The notes under the pieces: generated by a model
What the model was told of the DNA's origin: nothing
Databases searched by the model: none
Seen by the model: the letters and a program-made list of their open reading frames with translations, nothing else
Shown: positions 35,374-48,938 of the stretch, piece after piece
Position numbering within the stretch: position 1 is the first letter of the stretch
Layout of the letters: the number at the start of each line of letters is the position of its first letter
Position numbers and translations under genes: made by a program
DNA from: Podarcis melisellensis
Lineage: Eukaryota
Assembly (NCBI GenBank): GCA_964234715.1
Contig: OZ174287.1
DNA length: 64,000 nt
Reading direction: 5' to 3' (one strand)

Positions 35374-35917
35374 CTGTGGGAGGGCAAACCATGGAATCAT
35401 ATCAGAAGAGACATATTCAACATAAGAAGGCACTTCACATGCAATATAAAAGTTGGCCACTTCCCCATGCCTTCTATACGGCAGTTCATAGTGGTGGCCA
35501 TAATCTCACTTGACTGAACAGAGGGCTTTTTTTCTTGCCCTGCCTTTCCTGCCCTCCAGAACCAAAGGGTTTCACTCAACAAGCTTTCTATCCATGTTGA
35601 CATCCAAAGACCTCTTTGCTTCAATATTGCTTTGAACCGCAGAAATAAACAGCTCCAGCAGCAAGTTATGCTTCTGTGGCACAACTTCTCCGCAGTTTGC
35701 TTTGCAGTTACCCTGTTGATTTGGTACAGGATGGAGGGAGGGCATAGGTGAAGCCCAACTGATGTGGTGGGAACTGCCTTCCCTTCCTGCCCCCCCCCAC
35801 ACCATTCCGAAATTCTAGGATCCTTGCTGAAGATGTCTCTCAACTAAAGAAATGGAGTTACGATGAGCAGGCGTTCTGGGAGGGAGCTTAGGAGGCTGGC
35901 CAGCTGCTGTTACTTAC

Positions 35918-36031
35918 CATAGGGTAATAGTAATTATAGGGGTAGAGGTAGTTGTACTGCTGGTACCACTGGTAGTATTGCTGCTGTTGCTGTTGCTGCT
36001 GCTGCAAGGATTCTCCTTGTTGGGCTGCATA
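35918..36031 (-). CDS. LENG8: LENG8 exon ([10 protein letters not shown]...[21 protein letters not shown])
   Basis: 114 nt, tag| acceptor, ATG|GTAAGT donor. Confidence 0.92.
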
Positions 36032-36580
36032 CTATAGAAGAAAAGAGCACAAACATATATCATAAAAGGATGCTCGCGAATTTGTTTCACCTTGTTGAAA
36101 TAGGAGCTAGGCTAGCTGTCCAATCACTCCAGGATCTTACTACTTTAATTTCAGAATGACAGATTTGGTTGTGTGTCTGTCTGTCTGTTCAGTAATACAA
36201 TCATGCTACCCAGGCATCCAAAGTCCCAATAATGCAGACACCAAATCTGTCCCAGAAAGCTGAGGCTCCTGGCCTAGTCTACATCCTCCCCAAATCAAGA
36301 AGAATCTGTTCTTCACACTATGGAAGACATGCCAACAATACGCTCGTAGCATTCATGCTCATTTCTATGCAGTTACTGTATGCTTTAGGCTATGGAGCCT
36401 TGGCCAAAGCCTCCCCTTTGGCTTCTGAGCAGAGTTCCAGCTAGCAAGTTAAGATTACATTTCTAAAGGTTTGTCAAAAGCAGACTTGCACAGTATGAAA
36501 ACCGGCAAAGAATTGTGCAACCTCTTGGATTACTCCAAGATGCCTTTCCAGGCAGCTGAAGAAATATTAAACCTTCTTAC

Positions 36581-36758
36581 CTGTGCATTAGCCTGTCCAT
36601 TGGTGGCACCTTTGTTATTGCCAGAGGCAGCAGCAGCACTGGCCTTACTAATGCTAGCTAGTGCTTGACGGGCCTTCTCCCATTCGGGGTTCTCATGCAT
36701 GGGGCCTTCCATTCCATTCTCTCTGCTGCTCCCGTTGCCCAGATTGTACTGGGGAGCC
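36581..36758 (-). CDS. LENG8: LENG8 exon ([38 protein letters not shown]...NAQ)
   Basis: 178 nt, tag| acceptor, CAG|GTAAGA donor. Confidence 0.93.
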
Positions 36759-37338
36759 CTACAAGGTGACATATTGGGATGAAAGATTAGTGAATTCCAG
36801 GCTCAGTTATTACACAGCCTATTATTATTATTATTATTATTATTAAAACATTTAATTGAGCAGTGTTTTCAGTTTCTGTTTGCCATTCCTTGATCATTCT
36901 TCTGAATTTACAGGACTGAACGCTCAAGGCGACCCAGTCATTTGAACCCAGATCCAAATCCTCTCAATATTCACAGCTAGAGAGTCTCACATGAGTAAAT
37001 TATACTAGGTTCATGTCACAGGACTACCTTATAAGCTATTCCTTTCCAGCTAAAGCATCTGAAACCATTCAATTGATCAGCATCGAGAAGGTGTGACCAG
37101 GATGCTCATGGCACATTGCCACCCATCAGAAGCGTCAACACTGAAGTTTAAGGCCTTCTAAATCTGGGATGGGAGAACCTGTGGCACTCCATTTGTTGTC
37201 AAACTCCCAATTCCTACCAGCCCCAGCCAGCATAGCCAATAGTTAAGGATGACAGTAGTTGTGGCCCATATATGGAGGCTAAAAAGGCTCCCCTTTTGTG
37301 TTCAAAACTCTCACTAATTTAGACCAAGGCTGACTTAC

Positions 37339-37700
37339 AAGGTAAAGGTACCCCTGCCCGTACAGGCCAGTCGTGTCCGACTCTAGGGTTGTGCGCCCAT
37401 CTCACTTAAGAGGCCGGGGGCCAGCGCTGTCCGGAGACACTTCCGGGTCACGTGGCCAGCGTGACGAAGCTGCTCTGGCGAGTCAGCACCAGCGCAGCAC
37501 ACAGAAACGCCGTTTACCTTCCCGCTATAAAGCGGTACCTATTTATCTACTTGCACTTAGGGGTGCTTTCGAACTGCTAGGCGGGCAGGAGCTGGGACCG
37601 AAAGACGGGAGCTCACCCCGCCGTGGGGATTCGAACCGCTGACCATGCGATCGGCAAGTCCTAGGCAATGAGGTTTTACCCACAGCGCCACCCGCGTCCC
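37339..37700 (-). mobile_element. Sauria SINE
   Basis: Full-length CpG-rich copy; flanking repeat GCTGACTTA (37329-37337 / 37704-37712). Confidence 0.9.
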
Positions 37701-40389
37701 ACAGCTGACTTAAGCCCCTTCAAATCAACGGCAGCTAAAGGGCCCTGGCAACAGAAGGCACCACATGCAGCCAGGTAGCTGACTCACAAGGCCAATAGAG
37801 GCCCTTTGTGACATCAAACCAGTTCAAGGACTGATAACTGAAGCAGCAAATGCAGATAAAACGGACACCGGAGGACAGCTGTTTCCCCCCTTCTGAAAGC
37901 CTTGTGCTCCCACTCCCCCCCCCCCCGGAATTGAGACAATTTATATCCTAATCTGAACCAGGATTACTTGTAAATAATCACTATGGAAGATCAGGCAAAG
38001 TCTTTGTTTTGTTTATTTTCATGACAACTCTCAACCTTGAAATGAGCTCCATAAAAGCTACTAGCCTGCAATCTCATACTTCTATGTTGACCATTTGTAG
38101 CCTACGCATAAGCACACCAGGTTTTGTGTCCTTCTACTTGGTTCCCTTGAGACCACTCTTGCTCCCCAAAGTAAGGCTGGGCATTTGATCAGTCCAAAAA
38201 GATCCGGGTGAACTGATTGGTGAAGTATTTGCAAAAAATGGGCATATATTTTTTAAACATTAACTGCATTAGAACAAAAAAAAAAAAACCTCAAGTTGTC
38301 CATAAAGTTGGCATATATACTAATTACAGAAACAAATTAGTTAATAGGTTATTGTTCCACAATAAGTGTGAACAAGTTTCTAGACTCTAGACCTCTCTCA
38401 CACAGGAGCTTGACAGAGCAGACAGCCAATCACACAAAGTAGGCAGACTGGTCTCTGCTACAAACAAGTTGAAATTACTGGTGATCTGCCAGTGATGACT
38501 ACATTCCTGTTTGAAGATGGCTACACTTATGGCAGATTAAAGATGGGTAAGCTCCCTCACTCCCAGGCTTTGCTAATAGGTGACACAATAATAAAAGGTG
38601 ATTCCTACATAGTGCCAACTTAGGCTTTATCTGACTGTGATCAAATAATTAGTTGTCAACAGACAACAACCAACTATTCGACTGGTAATCCTAGTAACTG
38701 GGCAAGTTGCTGTGAAGCTTGCCTTAACCATGTTATTTTTTTCTGCTCGAAACCACCACTAGATCTTTATTCATTTAGAAAGCGGGTGGCTAACCTATGG
38801 TCTTCCAGATGTTACTGAACTTCAACTCCTATCAGTCTAAACCAGCATGATCAATAGTAAGAGACAATGGAAGCTGTAGTCCAGCAACAGTTTGGGAGAC
38901 AAGCTTTGTCTCCAAAGTAGAATAAAATAAGCCAGCTTTTCTGCTGTTGGTTTGTTTGATTTGTGTTTGTTTGCATTTGACTCTCAATCAGTTCTAAATT
39001 TGTTAGATGCTCTGAAGGCCCACAGGCACAAAAAGTAGTCTAGAAATACTTAAAGAAAACATTCATTTAGTACAGGAATTTATATGCTGCTCTATAACCA
39101 AGTTCTCAAGAATAGTTACAATGCCGATTAAAAGGAAAGAAAACACAAACAACTCAAGAACAGAACTTGTCCCAAAAACGTAAAGAACCTTACTTAATGA
39201 AAATGATAACAAAGCTTTTTTTTTTTAATTGCCCCAGGGACAATTTTCTGCAGAGAAAATGCAACACTCACCCACATTTGATGACTAATGGAAAAGCAGA
39301 GGCCTGAAAAAGATAAGTACTATACATTTGACACTCTGGTCTCACTTTCCTTCCTCCTGAATGTCCTGTTATAGTCAACTCTGCAAGACCAGCAGACTTG
39401 TGAAATCATTGCCATTATGATGTCACAAGGTGAAATTATGATCTCAGTGACCAAAGTCTCAAAAACATGTTGGCATGTGTCCTCAATACAACTCTACTGC
39501 TGTTATAGCTGGCCACTGGTCCTATCTCTTAAGACATCCACATTTCTCCTATGAGATGATAGCATGCAGTTACCATAAAATCTGTCAAAACATCTATGCT
39601 AGATGCATCTCTTCTGCACTGGCTAGCCAACAAATTTGGTACACAGTATTTGGGTTTCACTTCCTGTTATGTGACACATAATTTTGTGGGATTAAACTTG
39701 ATTTCTCATTCTACAGAACCAGGGCCATCAATCTTGAGCCAAGACATCAGACTTTACCTTCATCCAGAAAGCTGTTATAGCTGCAAGCTTTCATCTATGA
39801 GAGACCTAGCCCCTTCTTGAGCTCTGATCAGTACCTCTTCTTTCCTCCACAAGCCTATCCAGCCACGTAAAAACTGATCTCAATTTGCTCCTCCACCTGA
39901 TGCTTGAACCTATAATACAGGCTTACACTGAACCAGGCCACTGGCCTATCAAGCTCAGTGCTAACTAGCAGTGGCACTCAGAGGTATCCAGCAGGGGTCT
40001 TCCCTAATGCTCCTGAGATTGGGGCAGGGAGAGAGAGAAGGTAAATTCTTCTCTGGGTTTGAATTTTAGCCACATGGAATTTCAACGTTGGAAACGAACC
40101 AATTTCCTTAGTCACACTCATCTGGTGAGTTAATATCTTTTAACAGCAACAATTTCCTAGCCCTTTTATGTTATGAGAGATAACAGCTTGTGTTACAGCC
40201 TGAAAAAGCTGGCTTATTATTCCAGCCACACAGCAACATTGTTATGAGCATAGAATGAGGAAGCAAATGCAGATCAGGTTACCAGAAGTACAGTGGACAG
40301 CCTTCTGCATTTTAAAACCACTCGGCTATCCCAAATTCCTCCTTTAAAGACACCCCACCGACCAAGTTAAAATAAACCGCTGCAATCAC

Positions 40390-40427
40390 CATTCCGAGGC
40401 ACGCTGGTCGCCTAGATTGGCAGCCAT
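40390..40427 (-). CDS. LENG8: LENG8 first coding segment (MAANLGDQRASEW); exon may begin at acceptor 40628
   Basis: Resembles the recalled human MAANVGDQRSTDW; donor TG|GTGATT; phase 2 fits the next exon. Confidence 0.88.
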
Positions 40428-40599
40428 CCTTAGGTCCGTGGAACCGACAGCCGAAACCAATCCTTCCCCCGGCGACCTTCTCTTGGAGCGACTGCCCGCC
40501 CCCTTTTCTTCTTCTTCTTTTCCACAAGTAGAGGCCAAACAAAGGAAGTTAACTGGGCGAGATGAACATCCCGCTCGAGGCACCGCCGACACCTGGGGA

Positions 40600-41620
40600 C
40601 GCCCCTTGGGCACCCTCGACGCCCACTTCTAGGGCGCCCAGCACAGGGCGAGAGGAGGGGGCAGGGAATGAGGCTCCCGAAAAGCCAAAATCCTAAAGAG
40701 TGAAAGGTCAGGGATCTCCCTCTGAAGCCCCCTCCCAGTAAGAGGAGCTGTGGTCTGCAGAGGCCGATGCGCCCTCCTTGTCGCCCCAACCCCGGGGTCT
40801 AATATCCTGTGTACCCCCGGCTGTTTATAAAAAAACTGTACCCCAAGTTAAGTGTCTTTTCTCTCCTACCCCGCCCCACCCAAGTCTCCACCAACGCCCC
40901 CCTCCTTTCCCTGGCGAAGGAGACCCCCTGCCCTTGTGCCCCCTCCCAACTGGCAGCCCCCCACAAAACTCAGGGGTCCCCCTCCCGGCCTGCCCAGCGC
41001 AGGCCAACCTCGCTCTCCCCGACTCCGCTCGGCCTCGTCCTGCCTCCCTCAGTCGCCCGCTTCTTCCCTCATCCGGGTCTCGCCCCCTCCCCCCCTTCCT
41101 CTCTCCCCTCAGCCTAACAGGGCGGAGGGAAATATAAAGGGTGGAAGCGGCTCTCTCGGCCTCGCCGCTGCTGTGGTGGCGACGGGAGGCGAAGCGGGGC
41201 GGCTTTTCGGGGTTTTTTGTTGTCGTCGTTGTTCTCCTTCCGGCGCCGCAGCGAGAAGCGGGAAGCGCTGCAAGGCCGTTGGGTCTCCGCGCTGGCAAAA
41301 TAGCCGGAGAAGGAGCCTCTCGCTTTTCCAAAATGGCGCCCGCCGCCTTCTCCGTCTCCGTCTCCTCCTCCGTCTGCCTTTTCTTCCTTCCGGCGGCCAA
41401 GCAGGAAGAGGCGGGGAGGGAGCAAGAGGCGTTCGAGGCTTCGTCCTGTCAGTCAAAAGTCTTCTTGCGGCGCTGAGGGGAGGAGGTCTGCGCAAGTCCG
41501 GTAGGAGGGAGGCACGGGCACCGGTTCTTGGCTCTGCGCCCCGGGTTCGAATCCCCGCCTCTCCCCCGCAACTGTTGGTAGGTCAAAGTGTGCCAAGTAG
41601 GTACTGCCCCTGAGACGACG
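40600..41620 (-). promoter_or_regulatory. LENG8: LENG8 CpG-island promoter and non-coding exon 1; TSS probably near 41390-41400
   Basis: Very high GC and CpG; YY1 motif GGCGCCATTTT (~41330-41340), ETS CCGGAAG (41387-41393), GC box (~41408-41416). Confidence 0.75.
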
Positions 41621-41807
41621 AATGGGATCAAAATGGAAACATGCAGGATCGCTAATAGACATTAAAATGGTTTTAGACTCTAGAGGCTATTGGACTTCAA
41701 CTCCCATCAACCCCATCCAGCATAGCCAATAGTAGGGGATGATGGGAGTTTGAGTCCACATCTGGAGGGCAACAGCTTCCCCCTTCCTGTTTTAGTGCTC
41801 GCTCTTT

Positions 41808-42009
41808 GAAGAAAATTCTGATGTTGGGTACGATTGAGGGCACAAGGAGAAGGGGATGACAGAGGACGATATGGTTGGACAGTGTTATAGAAGCAACCAA
41901 CATGAATTTGACGAAACTGTGGGAGGCAGTAGAAGACAGGAGTGCCTGGCCTGCTCTGGTCCATGGGGTCACAAAGAGTCGGACACGACTAATCAACTAA
42001 ACAACAACA
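41808..42009 (+). mobile_element. RTE-BovB LINE 3' fragment
   Basis: ...GAGGGCACAAGGAGAAGGGGATGACAGAGGACG...GGGTCACAAAGAGTCGGACACGACT...(AAC)n tail. Confidence 0.85.
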
Positions 42010-42520
42010 CACACACCTCCTTTTATTTTATTATTAGTCCCACTATTGATTTTCCATCTCTATTGCTTCTGTTGGGGCATCTGGGACGCTTCTCAGATCT
42101 CTGTCGGCAATTGGCTGAAAGGCACTGTCTGTCATTTGCTTTCACCAACTGGTGGTGACTAAAAGTGGGACAATGATGCCACAGATTCTATGCCACTGTG
42201 GTTCTTATAGAGGTAGGGCAGTGTGTAGACAGACACACAGCCTGAAAGACAGCACTGGTTTGATCCCCGAGATTTTCCATAGGTGCAGGGCAGTGTCACT
42301 AGCATATGGATTCTAGGCAATAGCATCACTGTGATGAACCATTCACACTGGAAATAAGACTGGAACATCATACCAGATGCATAGGAGGACGTTGATGGTG
42401 TGCTTGCTTCTGTTTCTCTACTTACTAGTGCAATTAAAGTCCTTGTCATTTACTCCTACACAGACTCTGGAAATGGTTAGGTTCCTACTGCACCATATTT
42501 TTAAACCCTCACTCGCTGGA

Positions 42521-42932
42521 TCATCACCTTGTCGTGGTGAGTGTTCTTACACGTTCCTATGACCCTTGTGAGGGAAGCCGTCAGGAATCTCGTACTCGCA
42601 GCAGGGTCAACCAAGGCAGTAAGGTCAAAGGGAAGGAGCTAGGCAAAAAATGATCCAAGAAGTCCTCTACGGCAGAACAGGTGGATGATAAGCGGTATGT
42701 TACAACGGCTGTGAAGGCGGATGAAGGCTGAAGCATATAAGAATCTACTGGTCATTGTGACTACTCATGCCATCGGAACAGAGCCTTTCTGCGAAGACTG
42801 TGCGTTGGTCAGCATGCAATGATCTACACACATAAAATAAATTCACGCACAGGTGTCTTCCAAAAACCCACCCCAAACCATGCTTATGGAAGACAATCTT
42901 ACTCGGCTACGAGTGATCACCAAAGAAGAAGA
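42521..42932 (+). mobile_element. RTE-related non-autonomous retroelement remnant
   Basis: Starts with CACCTTGTCGTGGTGAG, resembling RTE 5' ends, and ends in (GAA)n; family not confidently assigned. Confidence 0.35.
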
Positions 42933-43488
42933 TTTTTAAAGCACATAACCAAAGAAACCTGAGAATTATAGTCTGTTAAAGGTTTTGGGAACTACAGTTT
43001 CCACGATTCTTTGGAGGAAGCCATGTGCTTTAAACACGTTTTAAATGTATGGTGTGAGCACAGCCATAAGTCTCAATAGGACTTGCTACCAGGTTAATGT
43101 GCAAAGAATTGCATCCCTATAGCACAGGAATTAGGAACCTTTGGCCCTTTCAGAGGTTGGTGAACCACAACTCTCATCAGCTCCAGCAAGCATGGACAAT
43201 AGTCAGGGATGACGAGAGCTGCACCGTAATTAAAATATATCTGGTATTCTTTAAATATGCTTCTAGTAAGATAGCATCCATAATAAAACTGAAGCATCAT
43301 GGCCAATTGGTGTGGTGACAACCTAGTGAGCTAATGCTTGTTTGAGACATTTATGCTCATATATTCATTGATTTTAAAACATATCCCAAACTGCTTATTT
43401 GGTCCTATCATTTCATTTCAAGTTAGGTGTCTTTAACCCAGCTAGAATGAAAACTTAGTATAAAAGAACCTTGCAGTTTCACTAAAAG

Positions 43489-43661
43489 TAGTGCTTTTTT
43501 CTGGGGGTACGCAGGGGTATGCATACCCCTAAACATTTTATGAATCTTTGTACTTTTGTCCATTTACTGTATTTATTTTTCGCGATTCAAACTATAAAAT
43601 AGTGATTTTCTTGAGTCAAAATGAGAGTATCCCTAAACATTTTTTAGGGGGAAAAGCACTA
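43489..43661. mobile_element. Small MITE
   Basis: Inverted termini TAGTGCTTTT...AAAAGCACTA. Confidence 0.5.
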
Positions 43662-45356
43662 ACAGTAATCTTGGATATAACGGTTCAAGCCTTAGCAACT
43701 GCATAGCAACCCCACTGCAGAAATGATATAATTGTATGTGTGTGAAGATGAATGGTCTTTGCTTACACAGGTTGGAAGCCAAGAATCAAGTTTGGGCTAG
43801 TGGTTGTGAGGTCTGAAAAATGTGATGCAAGCAATCTGGATAGTGCTAGTTGAATGTACGGGGACTCTGGGCCTATGTGGTAGATGTTTCCATGCTTATG
43901 AATATTGAGACAAACCTGGATTTTGGCAAAGGATAAGGCTACTTTTGTAACTTTGTAGATCCTGTGGGATAAGACTTGGTTCTTCATCCTATATAAACAG
44001 GTCTCTCTAAGTGCCAATTAGGCTACACAGTAAAACCCAAAGAGGCAGTGCATGTCTGCAACACCTTGTTCTCTAACCTTTTCCTATTCTTCCTTCCCAC
44101 AAAGATCCCTGGCCAGGATCCTTTGTGTACGTATCACCCCATCCTTGCTATGCGTGGATTAGGGTTAGTCTGTTTAGGATACATAACCCCTTCACTCCAA
44201 TTTCCATTTCCTATTTCCCAAGCTTTCCCTTAGGTAGAGGACACTGCAGCTGTGTCAAGTCTGGATGGGGAACAATGCTTTTAAACTTATATTTTTATCC
44301 TGGCTTTCCCTGCCCAAGAAAGAAAGGTATTCCCCAACTGTAGATTTGGGAATTAGTTCTGAACAGAGATACATAGCATTGCAGTGTTAGAGATTCAGTC
44401 CATTGATCTTGTTTGTGGCTGAAGAAACAGCTCAGAGGAAGTGTAGATCAATTACTCATCATACGGCATGCAGAATGCAACAGGGTATCTGAATTGCCAG
44501 CATTTTTCTTAGCAAGGCTCCTCTGGCTGTGCGATGGGCAGAACCTCAATAGGCACATCCTGTATTCTATCCTGGGAAAGGTGACGTAATAATGAAGATA
44601 GTGTGACCTTTTGTGCATGCGCAGAAGATCCCCATGTGTTTGCTGTCTTCATAGGTAGGACGCCCAAGGCCCACCCTTATTCCTATATTTATAACCTACC
44701 TTTTCCTTCAATGAGCTGACGGTGGCTTGCTTGGTTCTTCCACCCCTCCCCATTTATCATCACAACAACCTTGGGAGGTAGAACAGATGAGTGACTGACT
44801 GACCTAAGATCACTCAATGAGCTTCATGCCCACTAACAACATGGGAGCCACTTTGCTTCTGTTCCTTTTTTTTAACCACATACATGCACCTTACTAGAGA
44901 AGCAAACTGGAAAGGGAGGTCATTCGGTTGACCAGTTGAAAAAGAGAAGGCACCTTGAGCTGTTGTGTAGTAGAACGTGCCCGTCTGCATTTCTTAGTAC
45001 AGAAAGTATTGATCAGATGTGTAGAGAGCTTTCCTATTCTAATTAATTCAAGAGGGTTCTGGAAGCTTCTCTGTGAGAAACAAGCAGAAGGTTCATGATG
45101 TTTGGGATTATTCCTTCAGAGAAGCTGGCTTAAACTGGTTCTGTTATCTCTTCTGTCAAGGTCATGCTGACTATAAAAGTAAGGCCAGAAGGAGCCTGGG
45201 TTTCACTTTCACTTTCAATCTCTTTTCCTTCTGGTGTGGTGTTCTGTACATAGTATGCTATAGTGTTAAAGGTTTAGACTTATTATAAGTTATTGTAAGT
45301 TTAGGTTAGGTCTGCTGCAACTGGATTTCTTATGGACAGTGCCAATCCTGAATGTA

Positions 45357-45582
45357 CAGTGGTACCTCAGGTTACATACACTTCAGGTTACAGACTCTGC
45401 TAACCCAGAAATAGTACCTTGGGTTAAGAACTTTGCTTCAGGATGAGAACAGAAATTCTGCTCCAGTGGTGCGGCGGCAACAGGAAGCCCCATTAGCTAA
45501 AGTGGTGCTTCAGGTTAAGACCAGTTTCAGGTTAAGAACGGACCTCCGGAACGAATTAAGTACTTAACCCAAGGTACCACTG
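45357..45582 (+). mobile_element. Tc1/mariner (Tigger-like) MITE
   Basis: TA TSD, CAGTGGTACC TIRs. Confidence 0.85.
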
Positions 45583-46750
45583 TATTGGATTCGTGACCAT
45601 TATGCTCATTTGCCTTCAGTAGCAGTAAAGCTCTGCTGGATGAAATACAATTGCCTCTGATTTATTTTTTGGGAATCCTGCAATGTGGTTTTTACTCTGC
45701 TAACTATATGACGGAGTTCTGCTTTGGTACAATATTGAGTAGAATTCCATGACAGAACAGTGCATCTCAAACTATCTGATAAGGTGGACTGGCATTCCCC
45801 CCCATGTACCAGAGAGTGGTACCATATTTGGTTCCTGAAGCATCCCACCCAACCTGGGCTAAGGTGGAGTTGCCACAGACCCGCAGCTGATGGCTACTTT
45901 GAGTAGCACTAGTGTAGAAAAGGGAATATCAGCTTGCATGGGAAGGTATGCCTGGGAAAATCTTCTATTTTCTGCACAAGTATTAAACAGGAGCCCCACT
46001 CTCTTTTTCACCCCCTGGGTCACCCCCTGACTGTTTAAATGGAAACAAAATGGTTAGGGGGCCACACTCTTAAGAAGGAATGAAGCGAGGCACCCATCCC
46101 CTCTCCCCCTGCCACCACGGACTGGGCAAGGTGGGGAAATGATAGAGGGCTCAATAACAGGAATCGCCCAACATCCTCATCTCCTCAAGAAGAAGCGAAA
46201 AAGGAGCTATTATCACAGCAGGTGAGAATGAGCATTTGGGCCTTTTGCTGCTTCACTAAATTTAGCTTGGTTGAATCACTGGGAGAGAGGAGCAGCTGGC
46301 TGCAGAGGACTCATGTGTGTCTCTGCTGTCTCTCAACGTTGTTGTTTTTTTAAAGATGCCTTGCCCAAGGCTGAGGAGGGCATGCTAGTTGTTTTTACAG
46401 CAGCAAATGTAAGCCAGACCCCGACACCCAGTGAATCGGGTGCATAATTCAAAGCCTCTGTTTCTGAAGCTGTGTGCCCCAATTCTAAACTTTGAAAATG
46501 CAGGTTGCGCCAGCTGATTTTTAGTCTATTTTCCATTCCTGATTTGCAGTTCACGGCATGTTTTGAACTGGTTCCTTCAACGCCGAGCTCAGGTTGTGAG
46601 AGCCCGCAGGAAATGGAGCCAGAATGGGCCCCGGAGAAACAAGAGGGAGGTGTCAGTATCTGAACATCACTGCAGGTGAAGGTCTCCTGCAGATATAATC
46701 TTATTAGAAGGTCCATTCCACATAGACCTCTGGTGTGGTGGCACTTACTC

Positions 46751-47108
46751 CTGAGCCTCTTGGGCTTGCCGATCAGGTCGGCAGTTCGAATCCCTGTGAC
46801 GGGGTGAGCTCCTGTTGCTCTGTCCCAGCTTCTGCCAACCTAGCAGTTCGAAAGTATGCCAGTGCAAATAGATTAATAGGTACCACTGTGGCGGGAAGGT
46901 AAATGGTGTTTCCGTGCACTCTGCCTTCTATCATGGTGCCCCGTTGCGGCAGAAGCGGTTTAGTCAAGCTGGCCACATGACCCGGAAAGCTGTCTGTGGA
47001 CAAATGCCGGTTCCCTTGGCCTGAAAAGCGAGATGAGCGCCATAACCCCAGGGTCGCCTTTTGACTGGACTTAAGTGTCCAGGGGTCCTTTTCTTTTTTT
47101 ACCTTTTT
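46751..47108 (+). mobile_element. Sauria SINE (variant subfamily)
   Basis: B-box GTTCGAATCCC, family body, degenerate ACCTTT tail. Confidence 0.8.
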
Positions 47109-47786
47109 CATTCCCTTCCCTTGATAGGCATCACCTCTCATGTTTTTTCAGCACTGACTGAGGACCTCCCTTTTTCAGCATCTCCATCTCTTTTAAGGTG
47201 TTTTTATTATCATTTATTGCTTCCTGCCCTGAACTCCTCTGGAAAGGCAAGATTTAAATCAATAAGATAAATACACAAGTCTTTCAAAAACAGCTATTGG
47301 GATTACTTCCCTCCCCCTGCCCCAAATAGCCCAATCAATATGGAAAATAGCCAAGGAATGCTAACTTGATAGATACGGCAACATTTTGTCGCAGACCCCC
47401 TTGTCAATACAGTTCTACTGTATTGTCCTGTACAGTTCTACAGGACTGGTATTTCAAATTGCGGCTGAAATTTTAGGATGCCAAATCTGCAAAAAGGGGT
47501 TCCAAAATTTAAACTTGAGGGAGATCATTAAATTCTGCCCTGTTCTTTCATCTGCACTAGGCTCCCAAAGCCTGCAGAACATCCTTCTCCAAAGCTGGGG
47601 CCCTCCAGATATTTTGGACTACACCTCCCATCATCACTCACCAACAAAGGAGTACTAAGTGGGGTTGACAGGAGTTGTAGTCCAAAACATCTGGAAGGTG
47701 TTGGGGAAGGCTGTCCCAGAAGAACCCGGAGGACCACACACACACACAAAATCATACGTAAACGCCATGTAAAATAAAGTTTCCCT

Positions 47787-47792
47787 TTTATT
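47787..47792 (-). terminator. TTYH1 polyadenylation signal AATAAA
   Basis: First AATAAA on the minus strand ~1.07 kb after the last stop codon, followed by a U/GU-rich element (ttttgtgtgtgtgtgg). Confidence 0.6.
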
Positions 47793-48857
47793 TTTAAACT
47801 GGGCAAATTCCAAACGCTTGTTAGTGTTGGGAGGGGGCTCTAATTCGGAGCAAGGAGGCTGGTGGGGAGCAGGGCTGGTTCTGGGCCCCTACTGGACTCC
47901 CCTCTTTCCTTGGATCTCCCTGGTGGGCCCAGCAGTGTGTGCCCCACCTGTCTGGGGTGCCCACAGTGAGATGGTGCAGCGGGGATGAGTGTCTCTCGCT
48001 GGGTGGCTTAGCAGTTCCTGTATCTCAAGCTCGGATCTGAGCCTCCCTCGCCCGCCTGCGCTTTCAGCCTACCCCTCGTTTCGTTCCTTCAGCCCCTGCA
48101 TCCTTTCCCTCCTTCGCTGGCTCTCGTTTGCACACCCTCGTTTGCATATAAATGTCCATTTGTTCACTCTATTTTTACCTATCTATCTACACACCGCCAG
48201 CTGTTTCCTGCCATTCCTTCTCTCGGGGCTCATCCACACTTTCGCCTGTGCTTAGAAGCTCAGCGTCTGAGCGATTTGGGTTTTCCCAAGGGTCGCTGTT
48301 TGCTCCGACTGGGTGGGGAAATGGCAGGGGCAAGGGTGCTCAGACGCAGGGCTCTAAAGCATGGAAGGGGCCTGGCAGGAGCAGAGGGAACCTAAGTGCG
48401 GACAAGCCCCCATTCTGGTACCTATTCACCCATTTGGCCTTTGGCTTGGCTCACCCTTGTCCTGCTTATCCGTCCTGCCTCTATCTTTTCCTTCGTTCTA
48501 TTACATTCTCCTTCTTTGATTCCCTTTCCTTGGCCTTTTGCTCACTCCTCACTCCTGCTTCTATTAATGCCCCATATAGTCGCATATGGGGCATTAATAT
48601 TCATATATATGTATTCCTATATACGCATGGGAATGAGATATAACTGCTCCTGTCTCCTTTTCTCTTGCGTTCTTACAGAAGGCAGGCAAATGGAATGAGT
48701 GAAGAAGAGACCCAAGTGAAAGGGGGTGGGGGGCAGACAAGACGCAGCGACGTGGCTAGCCTCATGGAAAGAGGTGTGTGTTTTGGGGGGTTGGGATCTG
48801 CTCTGTGTTAGTTGGATGGCATGGAGGTGGGTTGGGTCGGGGTCTTCTGGGGTTCAT

Positions 48858-48938
48858 CTAGGGCAGGAATCCGGTCCGGTAGGGAAGGTCCACTTCTTCG
48901 CTAGCACCGACGTAAGACGCTCTCATGCTGGGAGAATA
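48858..48938 (-). CDS. TTYH1: TTYH1 exon 14, coding in the long isoform (YSPSMRASYVGASEEVDLPYRTGFLP*)
   Basis: ccccatag| acceptor; similar to the recalled TTYH2 end YSPSMRATYLSVADE; TAG at 48860-48858. Confidence 0.82.
   Translation of the reverse strand, partial: YSPSMRASYVGASEEVDLPYRTGFLP

Larger units (their letters stand above)
25266..40427 (-). other. LENG8: LENG8 gene, coding span (SAC3/GANP/THP3-family PCI protein); central exons missing in the assembly gap
   Basis: 11 coding exons with canonical GT-AG sites and consistent phases within each block on either side of the gap. Confidence 0.95.

Noticed and set aside
40430-41662. Many overlapping 100-250-aa ORFs
   Set aside because: Low-complexity Pro/Arg/Gly translations expected from the stop-poor LENG8 CpG island.
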